DNA of 63,271 nt, filler included, from Octopus bimaculoides (Eukaryota), in NCBI RefSeq assembly GCF_001194135.2. It is 5 parts of 5 records of this genome, joined end to end, with 100 filler letters (N's around TTAATTAATTAA, not from the genome) between each part and the next. Parts side by side here need not be neighbours in the genome. Positions count along the whole stretch, not along the records: positions 36,110 to 60,412 come from NC_068996.1; positions 60,513 to 63,271 come from NC_068981.1; 3 more parts are not named here. The stretch is one strand, 5' to 3'. Made by a program: the position numbers and the translations under genes. This document shows positions 49,440-63,249 of this stretch, piece after piece. The notes beneath the pieces were generated by a model, which was given only the letters and a program-made list of their open reading frames with translations, had not been told where the DNA came from and made no database searches. The stretch's first letter is position 1. Every line of letters starts with the position of its first letter.

Positions 49440-49990
49440 GAACACAACATGTGGTCGATGGCGTCCACTCAAGCCCAGCAAAAGTCACCAGTGGTATCCC
49501 TCAGGGGAATGTCTTAGGCCCGCTCCTATTTATAATATACATAAACGACCTTTCCAGCGTCATAAATCACTGCAAAGTGAAAACATTTGCTGATGACACT
49601 AAGCTCCAGCAAATCATCAATGAAGAAGACTGAACTCAACTCCAGTCTGATCTCTATGCGGTGAGTCAATAAGCAGATTAAAAACAAAATACAACTAAAC
49701 GAGGGAAAATTTCAGCTGATGTATTTTGGAAGAAAGACTATGCTAAAACAGCCATACTCTCTTCTTTAAGGAGAACCGCTCAGCATCTAATAATATCAGA
49801 GACCTACGAGTAATTGTTGATAGCAATCTCAGTTGGAGTACCCACATCAACAATAAGATCGATATAGCTCCTGGATCTTAAGAACCTTCCGGTCCAGAGA
49901 ACGAGGTGTCATCGTTCCACTTTTCTCCTCCTTTGTACGGCCACACCTCGAATACTGCTGCCCCCTGTGGTCTCCCCATACCAAACAAAA
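49440..49990 (+). mobile_element. CR1-group LINE RT fragment (core to thumb)
   Basis: VTSGIPQGNVLGPLLFIIYINDL..TFADDTK..NIRDLRVIVDSNLSW..FVRPHLEYCCPLWSP. Confidence 0.92.
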
Positions 49991-50159
49991 CATCTCGATG
50001 ATAACAGTCGAACAAGACTTTAGTGATTAGCAGAGACGGGGAAATAAGCAATGCATCCAGGAAAAGTCATGCTATCTTCAAGTCTGAAACTAAAAGCAAG
50101 GACAGAAACGAATTCGAAATACCAGAAGGGAAAACAAACAAACAGTGGGGCAGAAACTG

Positions 50160-51940
50160 ACAGAGTCCAGATTGTCTGTAATTTTTTTTTAAATAGCACC
50201 TACCGGTATGGAGAAAAGCGAACGAACTGCAGCTTGCTCATCCCAAGCCTCATTGGAAAAGATGGATAACCAACAAAAACATAGTTGAGGGAAATCATCA
50301 CACATGAACCTGCAGGTTAATAGTACACCAACAGGAAGAAATAGGTCTCATAAAAAATAAGAAAAGAAATCAACACATATCTCTGTACTAAGAAAGCAAT
50401 ATCTGAGAAGCTGTGCCAGCTGTAGCTACCGAGCAGCAGGCTTATTTGAACATATCCCAGAATATAGTGTAATAACTGACAGGGATGAAAATAATGTAAA
50501 ACCAAAGCCATGCGTTTCAATGTACAAGACCACCTCAGGTGATGGACCCAGGATGGCCACCACTACACCAGTAACACCTACCTAGATATTGCACCGATAT
50601 TCCAATTAAACATCGGAGATCATCTACATCTCAAAAATAGAGGTAAAAATTCTCTATCTGAAAAAGCTTGCAACATGCAGTTAAGCAATATGCATGGCGC
50701 TTTAAGAAACGCATCTAACTTCTAAGATAACATGTGGAAATACACATACTTATAGAAGAGGTATTGACAAACCTGGAACAACACATCAATATACTCCTCC
50801 TGGGTGACTTTAACCAAACAAATGTGAAGTAGCCCGAAGGCCACAGCCTCTCTGGGATGTCACTGCACGAATAAAGGTATGTAACGTTATTACTTGAACT
50901 TTCTGATATGTTGTTCATTGAACAAGTGATACTCCAGTCAGACAAGGGTAGCTACATCTTGGATCTCTGCTCCACAAATTATGTGAAACTTATTCATAAT
51001 GTAAAGGTAACGCCAACAACACTCTTAGACCAAAACACTGTTGAACCAACCCTATCAAGAGGACTCAAGACATATCTAACTTGAATTACAATAAGGCAGA
51101 ATGGAAATCAATCCGTAAAGAGATCCACAAATGAAACTGGTCCGACATTCTATCTATGGAAAATATTGACTTAAAACTCAGTTTATGCAAACAGTGCAAG
51201 GAATATGCACTAAATATACCCGAGAAAAAAAAAAGAGGCCAGCGTACCAACAAACAAGATCCTCAGTGATAGAGAGACAGGAAAATCCTTATGAGACGCA
51301 AATCAAAGATCTCATTGAGAGAAGTCTATTTTAAGACGGACAGTCCTGAAAATCGAAAATAAAATTAAATTCCCCGATGAAAAGGAAAAAGCAGAGAGAG
51401 AGAAAAAAAGGGAGAGAGAGAGTACAGAGCTGTGGAAATCATAAAAACAAAGCGTCCTATAAATTTGCAAAGGAAACAACCACTGATGATACAAAGTAGG
51501 ACCGTTGTTCCAATAGAATGGTTCGCTGATCGCGGAGCCAAAATGGATAAGTGAAGTGCTCAGTGAACAGTTTAAAAGTGTCTTCACCTACCCACTGAGA
51601 CACATGCAGATAAAAAGAAAACGGGCTGAATTTTTGAACATTGTAACCCCACAGACGAAGGCGGCAACCATCGACTACATAGATATTGAGGAAGCAAATG
51701 TGACAACAGCCATAGATAAAATGAGCTTGAGCTCACCAATATGTCCAGATAAAATTCCCACCTATTCTGGTGTCATGTAAACAGACTTTAGCAAACCCAC
51801 TTGAAATACTTTTCCAGAGTTTCCTTGCAAGTGGTAAACTTCCTAAAAAGCTAATAGAAGGCATTGTATACTCTATCCGAAAAGGTGGGTGCAGAACAGA
51901 GGCTAAAAACTACAGGCCAATCTCTCTGACTTCACATATC
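50160..51940 (+). mobile_element. CR1-group LINE 5' part: possible CCCH ORF1 remnant, APE endonuclease end, RT start
   Basis: CNFFLNSTYRYGEKRTNCS/AHPK (CCCH-like, lower confidence); ILLLGDFNQ, YILDLCSTN; LNYNKAEW; KSVFT; LANPLEILF..KGG..NYRPISLTSH. Confidence 0.8.
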
Positions 51941-52367
51941 TTAGTGCAGAGAGGTTCAAAGATGGAACATTAAGATCTGAAATGTTAGATCCCTACTCTG
52001 ATGACGAAGGCTCGTCTTTTCCAATGTTAATTGCATTGATATGGTACATTGTGATGAACTAAATCTACCAAGATTATGATGGATCTCCGAGCCCCCCAAA
52101 ACAGCTACTGGACATAGAACACCTTTATTCCACCCCTTTCATTTTCTCTGTCGTTTTTAGTCTGTGTAAGTTAGATCTATTAATATAAATATTCATATAT
52201 TTATAAAAAGAATGCATCATCGGTAAGTTCCCATCTTTTGCTTTCTCTCGTTTTCCATATATACATACATAAATATTTTGAATTTAATATAGTTAATACA
52301 TTTCATGTGTAATTTCCTTATCTGCGTAATTGCCTCTCTCTCTCTCTATATATATATATATGTATAT

Positions 52368-52530
52368 ATACGACGAGCGTCTTTCAATTTCCGACCAACG
52401 AATCTACTCACAAGGGCCTGGGGCAATACCAGAAGATGCTTGCCCAAAGGACACACACACACAATGGGACTGAACCTGGAACTCTGTGAATGGGAATCAA
52501 GCTTCTTACCACTGACCCACGTATGTGCTA
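52368..52530 (-). mobile_element. SINE family A, diverged 5' half
   Basis: CTACTCACAAGG..TGCCCAAAGG..GGGACTGAACCTGG..CTTACCAC. Confidence 0.7.
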
Positions 52531-52577
52531 CCTATGTTTTATTACATATGTATGTATGTTGTATGTACCCGTGTGTG

Positions 52578-52640
<63 letters not shown>

Positions 52641-53779
52641 TTTATATGTGTATTAAGGCGATCATTGGTTTCATGTTAAGATAGTGTTTCAACATTCTTC
52701 TAGCCGATCACATAGAAAAATTGGTGTTCGTCTCCAGAATCTTTATCCACAAATGCGGTGCTGAGCACTCATTCACATTGTTCNNNNNNNNNNNNNNNNN
52801 NNNNNNNNNNNNNNNNNNNNNNNNNNNNNNNNNNNNNNNNNNNNNNNNNNNNNNNNNNNNNNNNNNNNNNNNNNNNNNNNNNNNNNNNNNNNNNNNNNNN
52901 NNNNNNNNNNNNNNNNNNNNNNNNNNNNNNNNNNNNNNNNNNNNNNNNNNNNNNNNNNNNNNNNNNNNNNNNNNATATATATATATATATACAAGCATAG
53001 ACACGTTAATAATCAGCTGAAGAGAAAATGTAAAACGCATATTGGTGAATAATTGACTTCTGTCTATATGAGTACAACTGTTTAATACAACTGTATTCAC
53101 AATTATTCAAGCGTAGTTTTGTGACAGTGACAACACAACGATCATGTTTCGAGAGATCACAGATGATACAAACGGAAATGCTGTCCTATTAAGCTATAGA
53201 TAAGTTCCTAAATTTTCATCAACAACAAAAGCAATAATGCGTTAACATCCCAACGCTATGCAGATCTTTCGAAACCTATCCTCTGAGCATGAAAGTGCTA
53301 CTACTAATCAGCACTGACATTACCGTTTTAGTTGGGATGGTAAACATCTAAAGTGGACTCATTGGAAAATACATATACGGAAAGATCAGCATGATATACG
53401 TTGCATTGAGATATGGAGGTATAATAATCCGATACTATACACCATAATCTCACCGTATTATATTTTGAATATTTTGTAACTGCTTGTTGAATATAATAAT
53501 ACGCATTTAGAATGAATACTATACTGCTTATATAAAAATATTTTATGAACTTATCCACATCAGCAATAAAAATTAGAAAACCTGGACAAACTACCGTATT
53601 GAATTATATCTGTGATCACTTGGTCACAGCGCAATATAATTCAGTCACATTAGGTAAACCATAGCCAATTGGATAACAGGAGAACCCACCCACCGTTAAA
53701 GATATGAATAAGCATGCACTGTTACTTAGGTTCAAACCTGTAGCTTACACGTTAATACAGAAATAAAATATACACACAC

Positions 53780-53855
<76 letters not shown>

Positions 53856-54347
53856 GAACGATTTGGAGTCGCCCGAAGTAACTGAGACTATGTAGTTGTT
53901 CTTGAGATGTTCTAATTGTTAATTCTTACCTGTATTCACCCGATGAAAACGTTTCATTTTTCTTTTCTTTTTTTTTTGCATGAGGTAACACTTGGGTTCA
54001 CCAATAAAAAAAAAATCATGTCTGAAACAGCTGTAGTGAATCAAAATACATCTGTTGCTATTGTTTATCCTTCACCTATCTTGGAACCTGCAGTTCATTT
54101 GGATCTAGAATCCACTGAGTGCGGTGCAATAGGTACTGTGAGTGTATTCATGTGTGACCATGATGACTCGTTGAGTATACAGTCATTCATTTGTTAATGT
54201 ATGTATAACTGGAGAATGAATCCGCGTTGACTTTAGTCAGTACGTATTTGTCCTTGTACATTATTTGTACACAGACGCGCTAATACCGACCCTATCTTGA
54301 TGCTTTCACTATGTAAATACCTGGATACATACATACATGCATATATA

Positions 54348-54394
<47 letters not shown>

Positions 54395-54485
54395 GTATAA
54401 ACATAAAATTTCTTCACACCCAATAAAATATTACTGCAGCATATGCACACAAATATCCTAATAATGCAATCCAATCCTGTTTGTA

Positions 54486-54571
<86 letters not shown>

Positions 54572-55887
54572 TACTGTGTTTGTGAGTGTGTGTAAATACT
54601 AATTTCAGTACAAATATTCTGGTAGTATAAGAGTTATATGCTGTATATTTGTATAAATACCTATATAGTGTACAATATACATGCATAATATATTAACTCA
54701 ATTAAGAATATGCCTGGTTATAACTAATGTACAATAAAGGGGAAGCAATGAATACTTCATTTCTTGAATGATTACTTGTGTCTTTTTATATCATCTGTAC
54801 CCACTTTGGCATATTTATCCAAATGCCTGGATCACACCTATTAATGAAACGACGTTTGGATAATTGCGAAAATATTTGCATGAAACTATTGGCACCATAT
54901 TAACAATATTGTAATTTTAATACACATGTACACACACGCATAATGTATATATATATATATATNNNNNNNNNNNNNNNNNNNNNNNNNNNNNNNNNNNNNN
55001 NNNNNNNNNNNNNNNNNNNNNNNNNNNNNNNNNNNNNNNNNNNNNNNNNNNNNNNNNNNNNNNNNNNNNNNNNNNNNNNNNNNNNNNNNNNNNNNNNNNN
55101 NNNNNNNNNNNNNNNNNNNNNNNNNNNNNNNNNNNNNNNNNNNNNNNNNNNNNNNNNNNNNNNNNNNNNNNNNNNNNNNNNNNNNNNNNNNNNNNNNNNN
55201 NNNNNNNNNNNNNNNNNNNNNNNNNNNNNNNNNNNNNNNNNNATATATATATATATATATATATAGATAGATAGATAGATATATAGATTTTCTTTCTAAA
55301 GTGTATATTACTACTATATATACATACATATATACACACATATATAGCGAAATGGAAGAGAGAAATAGAGAGAAAATGGGAGGTTTGCAGTTATCTATAC
55401 AATGGAAAAATACATTTCCCTTAAAATTAATGCAATATTTGCCCTTGATTGTTAGTGATGTTTAGTTCTTGCTTGTTCCTGCTATCAAACGTATTACCCC
55501 TTGGGCAATCCGTATCTCATTAAAATGAAATTTGTTTGCTATTTCTAACATAAAAGTTTCCCTGCTGTCTCTTTACAAATAAGTTTTAGATTTATCGGCG
55601 GTGCCTCGGCATGGCCACAGCCTTTAGGCTGAAACGCATAAAAGAATATACAGTGAGACAATCATGAATACATCGTAGCTTTGGTTATGTAGCACTAAGT
55701 AGGCTCTGATCAAGCAGGCTTATGGTAATCGTATTCGTTTATTCAGATGTGGTATACTTTGCACACTTGCAAGCTTTTAGTTCATTGGCTTCTTGTAATT
55801 CGTTACTATTGCATAGAAATGAATAGGAGTCAGTATCATGAGTTTAATAGAATACAGTATTATATATAATATTTTGATAATAGTTCG

Positions 55888-56310
55888 TAGGCACAGGGTT
55901 GGATATGTGGTAAAAAGTTTGCTTCTCAACCACATGATCACGGGTTCAGTCCCACTGCCTGGCAATTTGCGCTAGTGTCTCCTAGTATAGCCAGACGGAA
56001 ACTGTAATTATCTATCTATCTATCTGTCTGTCTATCTATCTGTCTATCTATCTATCTACCTATCTATATGTGTGTGTGTGTGTGTGTTAGTGTTCTTTGT
56101 GTCTGTGTTTTCCCCTACCACCACTTGACAACCAATGTTGGTGTTTACATCTCCGTAAATTAGCGGTTCGGCAAAAAAGACCAATGAAATAAGTACCAGT
56201 TTTAAGGAAGGAAAAAGAAAATAAATAGTGGGCTTAATTCGTCCGACTAAAATTCTTTGAAGCGGTACTGCAGCATGGCCGCAGTCAAATGACTGAAACA
56301 GTAAAAGAAT
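55888..56310 (+). mobile_element. SINE family A, diverged full length
   Basis: GGGTTCAGTCCCACTG head, AGACGGAAACTG, CAGTCAAATGACTGAAAC tail. Confidence 0.85.
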
Positions 56311-56557
56311 ATTTACGTATTTACTCAACTAAATTTTCCTTTATTCGTTCACGTTCTTCGTTTCTGCTGAAGAATTTTTATTTAACTATGGAGTCTTCAA
56401 TACTCATATACGTCTATTTCGATTTACGAGAAACTCAGCTGTGTGTGGCATTTGAGCATTCGATATGAAACGAGGGAGAGAGAGAAAGAGGGAGAGAGAG
56501 AAAGAGGGAGAGAAAGAAAGAGGGAGAGAGACAGAGAGAGAGAGGAAGAGAGAGAAA

Positions 56558-56603
<46 letters not shown>

Positions 56604-56856
56604 ATTTTAGCTAAAACAAAAGTCTGGATAAGACATATGAAGACAGTTCACAAAGCAGTTTCTTTTCTTTTTCTGCATTTTTTCTATCACTTTTCAGACC
56701 GAATGTCGTATAAGAGGGATCTGAGCGATAGAAGGGAAAAATAATCTAAGTTTTGCCGATATAATTCTTGGACCATATTTTTTCCTTTTTGTCTGGACAG
56801 TACGGCCTCATTATTTGATAACTATCTTTAGCAAGGCGACCGAACATGGAGAAGGC

Positions 56857-57102
56857 TTTTTTCAAAACAAATTTTATTCAACAAAAACAATAACAACATG
56901 TAACAAAAACATCTTTAAATGATTATTCTGGAGCGTATTCACCATCTACTTCAATTACTGCTTCTCATTTGCTTGGCAGACGGTCAGACCATCATTTAAA
57001 GATGATTTGTTAAATATTGTTATTGTTTTTGTTGAATAAAATTCGTTGAAAAAAAACAAAATAAATAAAAAGAAAAGCTGCAATAATTATGCACCAACCC
57101 AA
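56857..57102. mobile_element. Second copy of the mariner MITE (outer left TIR lost)
   Basis: Same interior as 7682-7928; ends GCTGCAATAATTATGCACCAACCCAA|TA. Confidence 0.88.
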
Positions 57103-57524
57103 TAGTATTAGTAAGTTTTAATTTTTATTGATGGTATTGCACAAATGATTTCTATGTAAATTTAAATCCGATATTCTAAACCTTATAATTACACGTGAAA
57201 CTCATACTGATTTCTATAAGTGTTTTTTAAGCGAGCAAAAGAGCATCAATTTAAACTCTTCCCATCCCAGTGTTTGGATTATATTGGTTCCCTTTATTGT
57301 TTCGACTTCAAAAAGATCTCGATAAAGTAACGCTGACGACGGAAGTACTTGAACGTAGGACGTTATGATTTGGAACAAAACCTCAAGATATTTTATCCAT
57401 CACTCTATTTTAGCCATTAAGCACTCACTAATAATAACCATGATGATGGTGATGATGATGATGATGATGATGATGATAATAATAATAATGATAATAGTTA
57501 TAATTCTTTCTGCTATCGGAAGAG

Positions 57525-57720
57525 AGCCTGAAATTTTTGTGGAGGGAGGTAGTCGAATAGATAGACTCTAGTGCTTAAATCAGTACCTTATTTTATCAAC
57601 TCCGACGGAATGAAACAGTAAGCTTCACTTCGGCGGTATTTGAACTCAAACCACAAAGTCCAGGAGAATAATACCGCTGAGGATCTTATAGGACGCGCAA
57701 ACGATTCTACCAGTTCGCCG
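57525..57720 (-). mobile_element. SINE family B, diverged
   Basis: ATTTGAACTC (B box), AACGATTCTACCAGTTCGCC (head), reversed. Confidence 0.7.
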
Positions 57721-57723
57721 GCT

Positions 57724-57831
57724 TATCATTATCATCATCATTATCATCATCATCATTATCATCATTCATCATCATCATTATCATCATCATTATCATTATC
57801 ATTATCATCATCCTCATCATCATCATCATCG

Positions 57832-57862
<31 letters not shown>

Positions 57863-57888
57863 CATCATCCTCATCATCCTCATCATCC

Positions 57889-57943
<55 letters not shown>

Positions 57944-58079
57944 TATCATCATTCATCATCATCATTATCATCATCATTATCATTATCATTATCATCATTC
58001 ATCATCATCATTCATCATCATCATTATCATCATCCTCATCATCATCATCATCATCATCATCATTATCATCATCATCATT

Positions 58080-58120
<41 letters not shown>

Positions 58121-58256
58121 TATCATCATTCATCATCATCATTATCATTATCATTATCATCATCCTCATCATCATCATCATCATCCTCATCATCATCATC
58201 ATTATCATCATTATCATCATTCATCATCATCATTATCATCATCATTATCATCATCC

Positions 58257-58293
<37 letters not shown>

Positions 58294-58400
58294 TATCATT
58301 ATCATCATTATCATTATCATTATCATCATCATTATCATTATTATTATCATCATTATCATCATCATCATCATTATTATTATCATTATTATTATCATTATCT
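57724..58400. repeat. ~680-bp compound (CAT)n/(TAT)n trinucleotide tract
   Basis: Directly visible, with block-wise internal duplications. Confidence 0.97.
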
Positions 58401-58408
58401 ATGAGACA

Positions 58409-58610
58409 GAGAATAGGACACCAGACATAGTCTTAATTGAGAAAGAAAACAAACTATGTTGGATCATAGACATAGCATGCCTAGCTGACAACAAAGTATG
58501 CGAGAAGGAAAAAAGAAAAGTCGATAGATATTACAGGTTAGCTTGGGAAGTTAAGCAGTTGTGGTTGATGAAAAGGTAGCAGTAGTACCAATAATCGACG
58601 GACCGCTGCA
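58409..58610 (+). mobile_element. R4/Dong-type restriction-like endonuclease fragment (non-LTR 3' end)
   Basis: ENRTPDIVLIEKENKLCWIIDIACLADNKVCEKEKRKVDRY..LAWEVKQLW..[fs]VAVVPII.GPL matches PD..IID.A.P.D....KE.EK..KY..L..E...LW....VP...GALG. Confidence 0.85.
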
Positions 58611-59134
58611 ATAAGTGTATGAATCTGAGAAGAGGAATATGTTGAATAAAATCCTAATTAACTGATCCTTCTGTATTTTCTTTTACTCGAAGCCAGAATC
58701 CTTTCAGCACCCCTTCGCAATAGCAGCCATTCCAACCGATCATGAGCCCGAGCTATTGAAGAATACATTCACGCGCGCGAACGCATTCACACAAAGCTAA
58801 GCTGATAGTAAATTTAACGCAGTGTTAGACACCTATATTGACCAGTCAAGGAAGAACTTATGAAATCACTCCGCAATCATCACCTCATATCACACCTTAG
58901 CATTTTTAAGTAAAGAAAAGAAAATACAGCGTTGTTATAAGGTAATCTAATCGCAGACATATCCCTCTAGCAACGGTATAGTCACGGTTAACTAGGCATA
59001 TCAAGGAATTCAGCAAGATTCACCTCAGCCTTGTATACTGAGTTACGTCCCCCGATTACATTTCAACATCTTAAAACTAACTACGTCAGCAACAATAAAC
59101 AACAACAAAATACATATTGAGTAATGTAGTTTAC

Positions 59135-59521
59135 TCTTTTACTCTTTTACTTGTTTCAGTCTTTTGACTGTGGCCATGCTGGAGCACCGCCTTTAGTCGA
59201 GCAAATCGACCCCAGGACTTATTCTTTTGGAAGCCTAGTTCTTATTCTATCGGTCTCTTTTGCCGAACCGCTAAGTTACGGGAACATAAACACACCAGCA
59301 TCGGTTGTCAAGCGATGTTGAGGGGACAAACACAGACACACAAACACACATACACATATATATGTATATACATATACATATATACGACGGGCTTCTTTCA
59401 GTTTCCGTCTACCAAATCCACTCACAAGGCTTTGGTCGGCCCGAGGCTATAGTAGAAGACACTTGCCCAAGATGCCACGCAGTGGGACTGAACCCGGAAC
59501 CATGTGGTTGGTAAGCAAGCT
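59135..59521 (-). mobile_element. SINE family A, near-consensus copy lacking the extreme 5' end
   Basis: Very similar to 38326-38723 in reverse. Confidence 0.92.
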
Positions 59522-59604
59522 GTATAAAAAAGATGGGATGGCAATGGAAATCTATCATCATAGACCTAGAGGATTGCAGCTCACTAATTGCTAAACAACG
59601 AAAA

Positions 59605-59670
<66 letters not shown>
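59605..59670. repeat. (ACT)n microsatellite
   Basis: Directly visible. Confidence 0.98.
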
Positions 59671-59671
<1 letters not shown>

Positions 59672-60381
59672 AAACAAGAGCTTACACTATAGTTAAAAAC
59701 CCCCATCTAAATGATAGAAGAAAGCTTGAGAAGCAATAACTCCTTCAGTGCTTGGAAATTTTAGAAATAGCTGTCATATTCCCTAAAATTACCGCCACTT
59801 CCCCAACTACTCAAATCATATAAAAGCACTGATACTTGGGCCTTGTACAGATAAATACTTAGACCAATGCACGACTGGAGTACCTATGATCACTTGTTTT
59901 AGCTCGACCTGGGAATCAAAGACAAACAACAACTGCAACAAAAGATTGTCGATTTTACATCCCTCGTTAGAACAGTCTTATTTTACATGCATCACTAATG
60001 CCGCCCTTCAAAAGTTATAAATAATCTCATCCTCCGGATTCAATTAATCCATTCCGCCCTTAAAAGTCAGGTTTCGTGTCTATGTAAAAATAAAGACAAT
60101 ATAAGAGCGGATGTTTGTCTGTCTCATTGTGTATTTTCATGCGTGTGTCTGTCAGTCTGTCGATCTGTTCATCGGTCGGTCGGTCGGTCGGTCGGTCGGT
60201 AGGCTGATTGGTCGGTCTTTGTAGGCAAATACTAGACTGAGCTATAATGCAGCCAAGTACACCTGCCAAGCACACCTGTCTTTTCACATCCTATTCACAC
60301 TTGCATGCGTACGTGCGCGTTAACATGCGCGCATATAAGTTCACATATACGCACCACAAATGCATTTACGTATGTGTGTGC

Positions 60382-60412
<31 letters not shown>

Positions 60413-60512
60413 NNNNNNNNNNNNNNNNNNNNNNNNNNNNNNNNNNNNNNNNNNNNTTAATTAATTAANNNNNNNNNNNNNNNNNNNNNNNNNNNNNNNN
60501 NNNNNNNNNNNN

Positions 60513-60568
60513 CATGTGTAAAATTTGAATGAAATTGGTTGCGTAGTTCTCGAGTTTAAGGGATTCAC

Positions 60569-60659
<91 letters not shown>

Positions 60660-60685
60660 CACATTCTCATTTTTATATATATAGA
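60513..60685 (-). mobile_element. Non-autonomous Helitron-type element, 5' end, cut by a gap
   Basis: A|TCTATATATATAAAAATGAGAATGTGTG(TCTG)n..CTCGAGAACTACGCAACCAATTTCATTCAAATTTTACACATG. Confidence 0.7.
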
Positions 60686-62104
60686 TATACTCTGCTAGAC
60701 TCTCAAGCTTACTACACTTAAGAGTCAGGGCACGTTCCATGTCATTAGAGCATGTCAATACACTGGTGGTCATATATGATGCATATCTCGGGTTCAATCC
60801 GTCCTTCAAGTCCCGTGTGCCTTATTTACATGTTTCTCCTCTGCTACTCACCATGAGCTCCTGACATGCACGGCCACTATGAACCAGAGTGGGCCAGGGA
60901 GTAAAAGCGACTAAATAATAATGCCATAATCCATGGACTACTGAACTTCCAAACTGGAGCTTCACTAACAGATGCAGTCTAACGTTTTCCACAGAATATT
61001 CAGACGGGCTGGCTCCTGTGATTTGTACCGTGTATACTGTATAGCTAGAAACAAAGCTACTTCGTGGATACTCGACCAGCTGGAAACAACAAAACAAAAC
61101 CAGGGTTCAACAGGGTGCAATACATTGGATAATGTAATCCTTGCTACCACTAAAACAGCGATGGTCATAGTTAGAATGCTTTTGATCAGATGTCTGTTCG
61201 AAGAGAGAGGACGAAAAACTAAACAACAATAAATTCATTTGTCCACATGTTAAAGGCCTGGAATAAAGCAAACCACTATATCGTTAAATGAACAAGCAGA
61301 ATTTAATTAAGGCATGTCCACAAAGCTTACACAATAGATATATTTTAGTAGAGTGTTCACAACATTCTGCCGAAAATTAGTACATGCTTTTTATAAGTTA
61401 GTAAAGGCAAATTTTCTATAGTTCCCAAAATGATTTACGCATTTAAATATATGTTCAGCATGTATGTTTGTATAAATGTATAGTGCTTTCTTTTTGAATT
61501 ATTTGAGCTCTTCTCAAATATATTTCTATATATATATATAATATAAATATATATATATATACACACTCATACACAGAGATATAAAACTAAGTGTGGTTCA
61601 TTTACTAAATTAATTAAATTATCGTATTTTTGCTTGGGTATGTCTGAATTAACATTATTGTTATTTATATTAGTTTATGGCAATAGCTATTTTTTTATAA
61701 CTGTACATATTTTTACATTACGTATTAATTTTAATGGTACACTGAATTTTCCCTACTTGATTATTTAATGTTTTCATTATGTTTTCAATATGATATATAT
61801 AAATTTCTTTGTACGTTCTTCCCTGATGATATTCTGGCTTATAATAATTAACCAAATTGATTTAATTAAATTAAATTCGATTGATTTTATACTATAGGCG
61901 ATGAACTGAAAGAATTGTAGGTCTTGTCAATGTATTAATAAATAAATTTCTATTAATCTTATTTCCATCATCTCTCTTGATTTTCATAATAGTAATATAT
62001 GCTTGTGGTGGTCCTATATTATAAAATATTCAAGCAATCTAATCTTGAATATTTCTATCACTCTGAGGTTTATCCTCACTTGTAGTTTAATACATACATA
62101 CATA

Positions 62105-62223
<119 letters not shown>

Positions 62224-62235
62224 AGAATTAACATT

Positions 62236-62708
62236 GTCACTACATGTGACTAATGTGTTAGAAACACGTATATTGCAAGAAATAAGAGCTAAAATGCTCT
62301 AATGATGCTATCGACGTACTTAAAGTTCTTTATTAGTGCATATTTTATAAATTTATGCTCGTTGGCTGCAGAATTGAAACATTTCAGCTCTTATTTCTAG
62401 CAATGAATGTGTTTCTAACACTGTAGTCACATTTAGTGACGCTTTTAATTCACCTTTTTCGTGAAACATTGCAAACTGCTGGTTACATATATGTCACCAA
62501 AAAAAAAATTAAAAGTCTCACTAAATGTAACTAGAGTGTTAGAAACACATTCATTGCTAGAAATAAGAGCTAAGTTGTTTCTATACTGTAGTCAAGAAGC
62601 ATTAATGTAATAATAAGCATTAAAATAGGAATTTAAATGAGTTGACAATACCATTAGAGCATTTTACTTCTCATTTCTAGCAATATAAATGTTTCTAACA
62701 CATTAGTA
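62236..62708. mobile_element. Foldback-like element of four alternating ~55-bp inverted units
   Basis: GTGTTAGAAACAC..TTGCTAGAAATAAGAGCT at ~62254 (+), ~62385-62420 (-), ~62535 (+), ~62665-62705 (-). Confidence 0.8.
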
Positions 62709-62887
62709 TAGATAATGCGTACATTTGTATACATAATGCATACGTGTGTATCCGAGTATGCGTGTGTTTGTGTATGTATGCCTGTGTGTGTGCGTGTGTG
62801 TGCATATTTATATATTCATATATAAATACATACATGTGTGTGTGTCTGTGTTTGTGTGTATGTGTGTGTGCATACATAAATATATAT

Positions 62888-63097
62888 TTATATATATAAA
62901 GCTGAGAATGTGTGTCTGTCTGTCATTCAAATTTTACACATGCTTTACTGAGTGTCCATGCAGTGTCATGGGCCAAAAAAATTTCAACTTCTTGGTTGAT
63001 GCGAGCACGGAGCAATCTGTCATCTCTTGCGCTATTTCAGTATTTCGTGTCAAAAGTGAAACCATAACAACTCTATTCTAATGTGAGAACCTTCTAG
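62888..63097 (+). mobile_element. Second copy of the non-autonomous Helitron-type family
   Basis: TATATATATAAAGCTGAGAATGTGTGTCTGTCTGTC-ATTCAAATTTTACACATG matches 60513-60685. Possible CTAG|T end at 63094-63097, without a clear hairpin. Confidence 0.6.
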
Positions 63098-63160
63098 TTT
63101 TATACTAAAACTATTATCTCACATACATACATGCACACACACATACACACAGATACATAT

Positions 63161-63249
<89 letters not shown>

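Noticed and set aside
49590-49596. CTGATGA as a hammerhead core
   Set aside because: It is the FADD codons of the CR1 RT; no stem II or GAAA follows.
51998-52020. CTGATGA-CGA-AGGC-TCG as a hammerhead
   Set aside because: A small hairpin follows, but there is no GAAA or helix III.
53916-54197. 93-aa ORF as a host gene (also 26273-26809)
   Set aside because: No recognisable domain; the 26273 ORF partly translates a SINE. No intact host gene could be supported in the window.
57640-58404. 254-aa His/Ser/Ile-rich ORF and other long low-complexity or X-filled ORFs
   Set aside because: Translations of microsatellites and N gaps.
20933-60468. Recurrent TTAATTAATTAA palindrome at four sites
   Set aside because: Always centred in N44-12-N44, so it is an artificial six-frame-stop gap marker. 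Adjacency across these gaps is unreliable.
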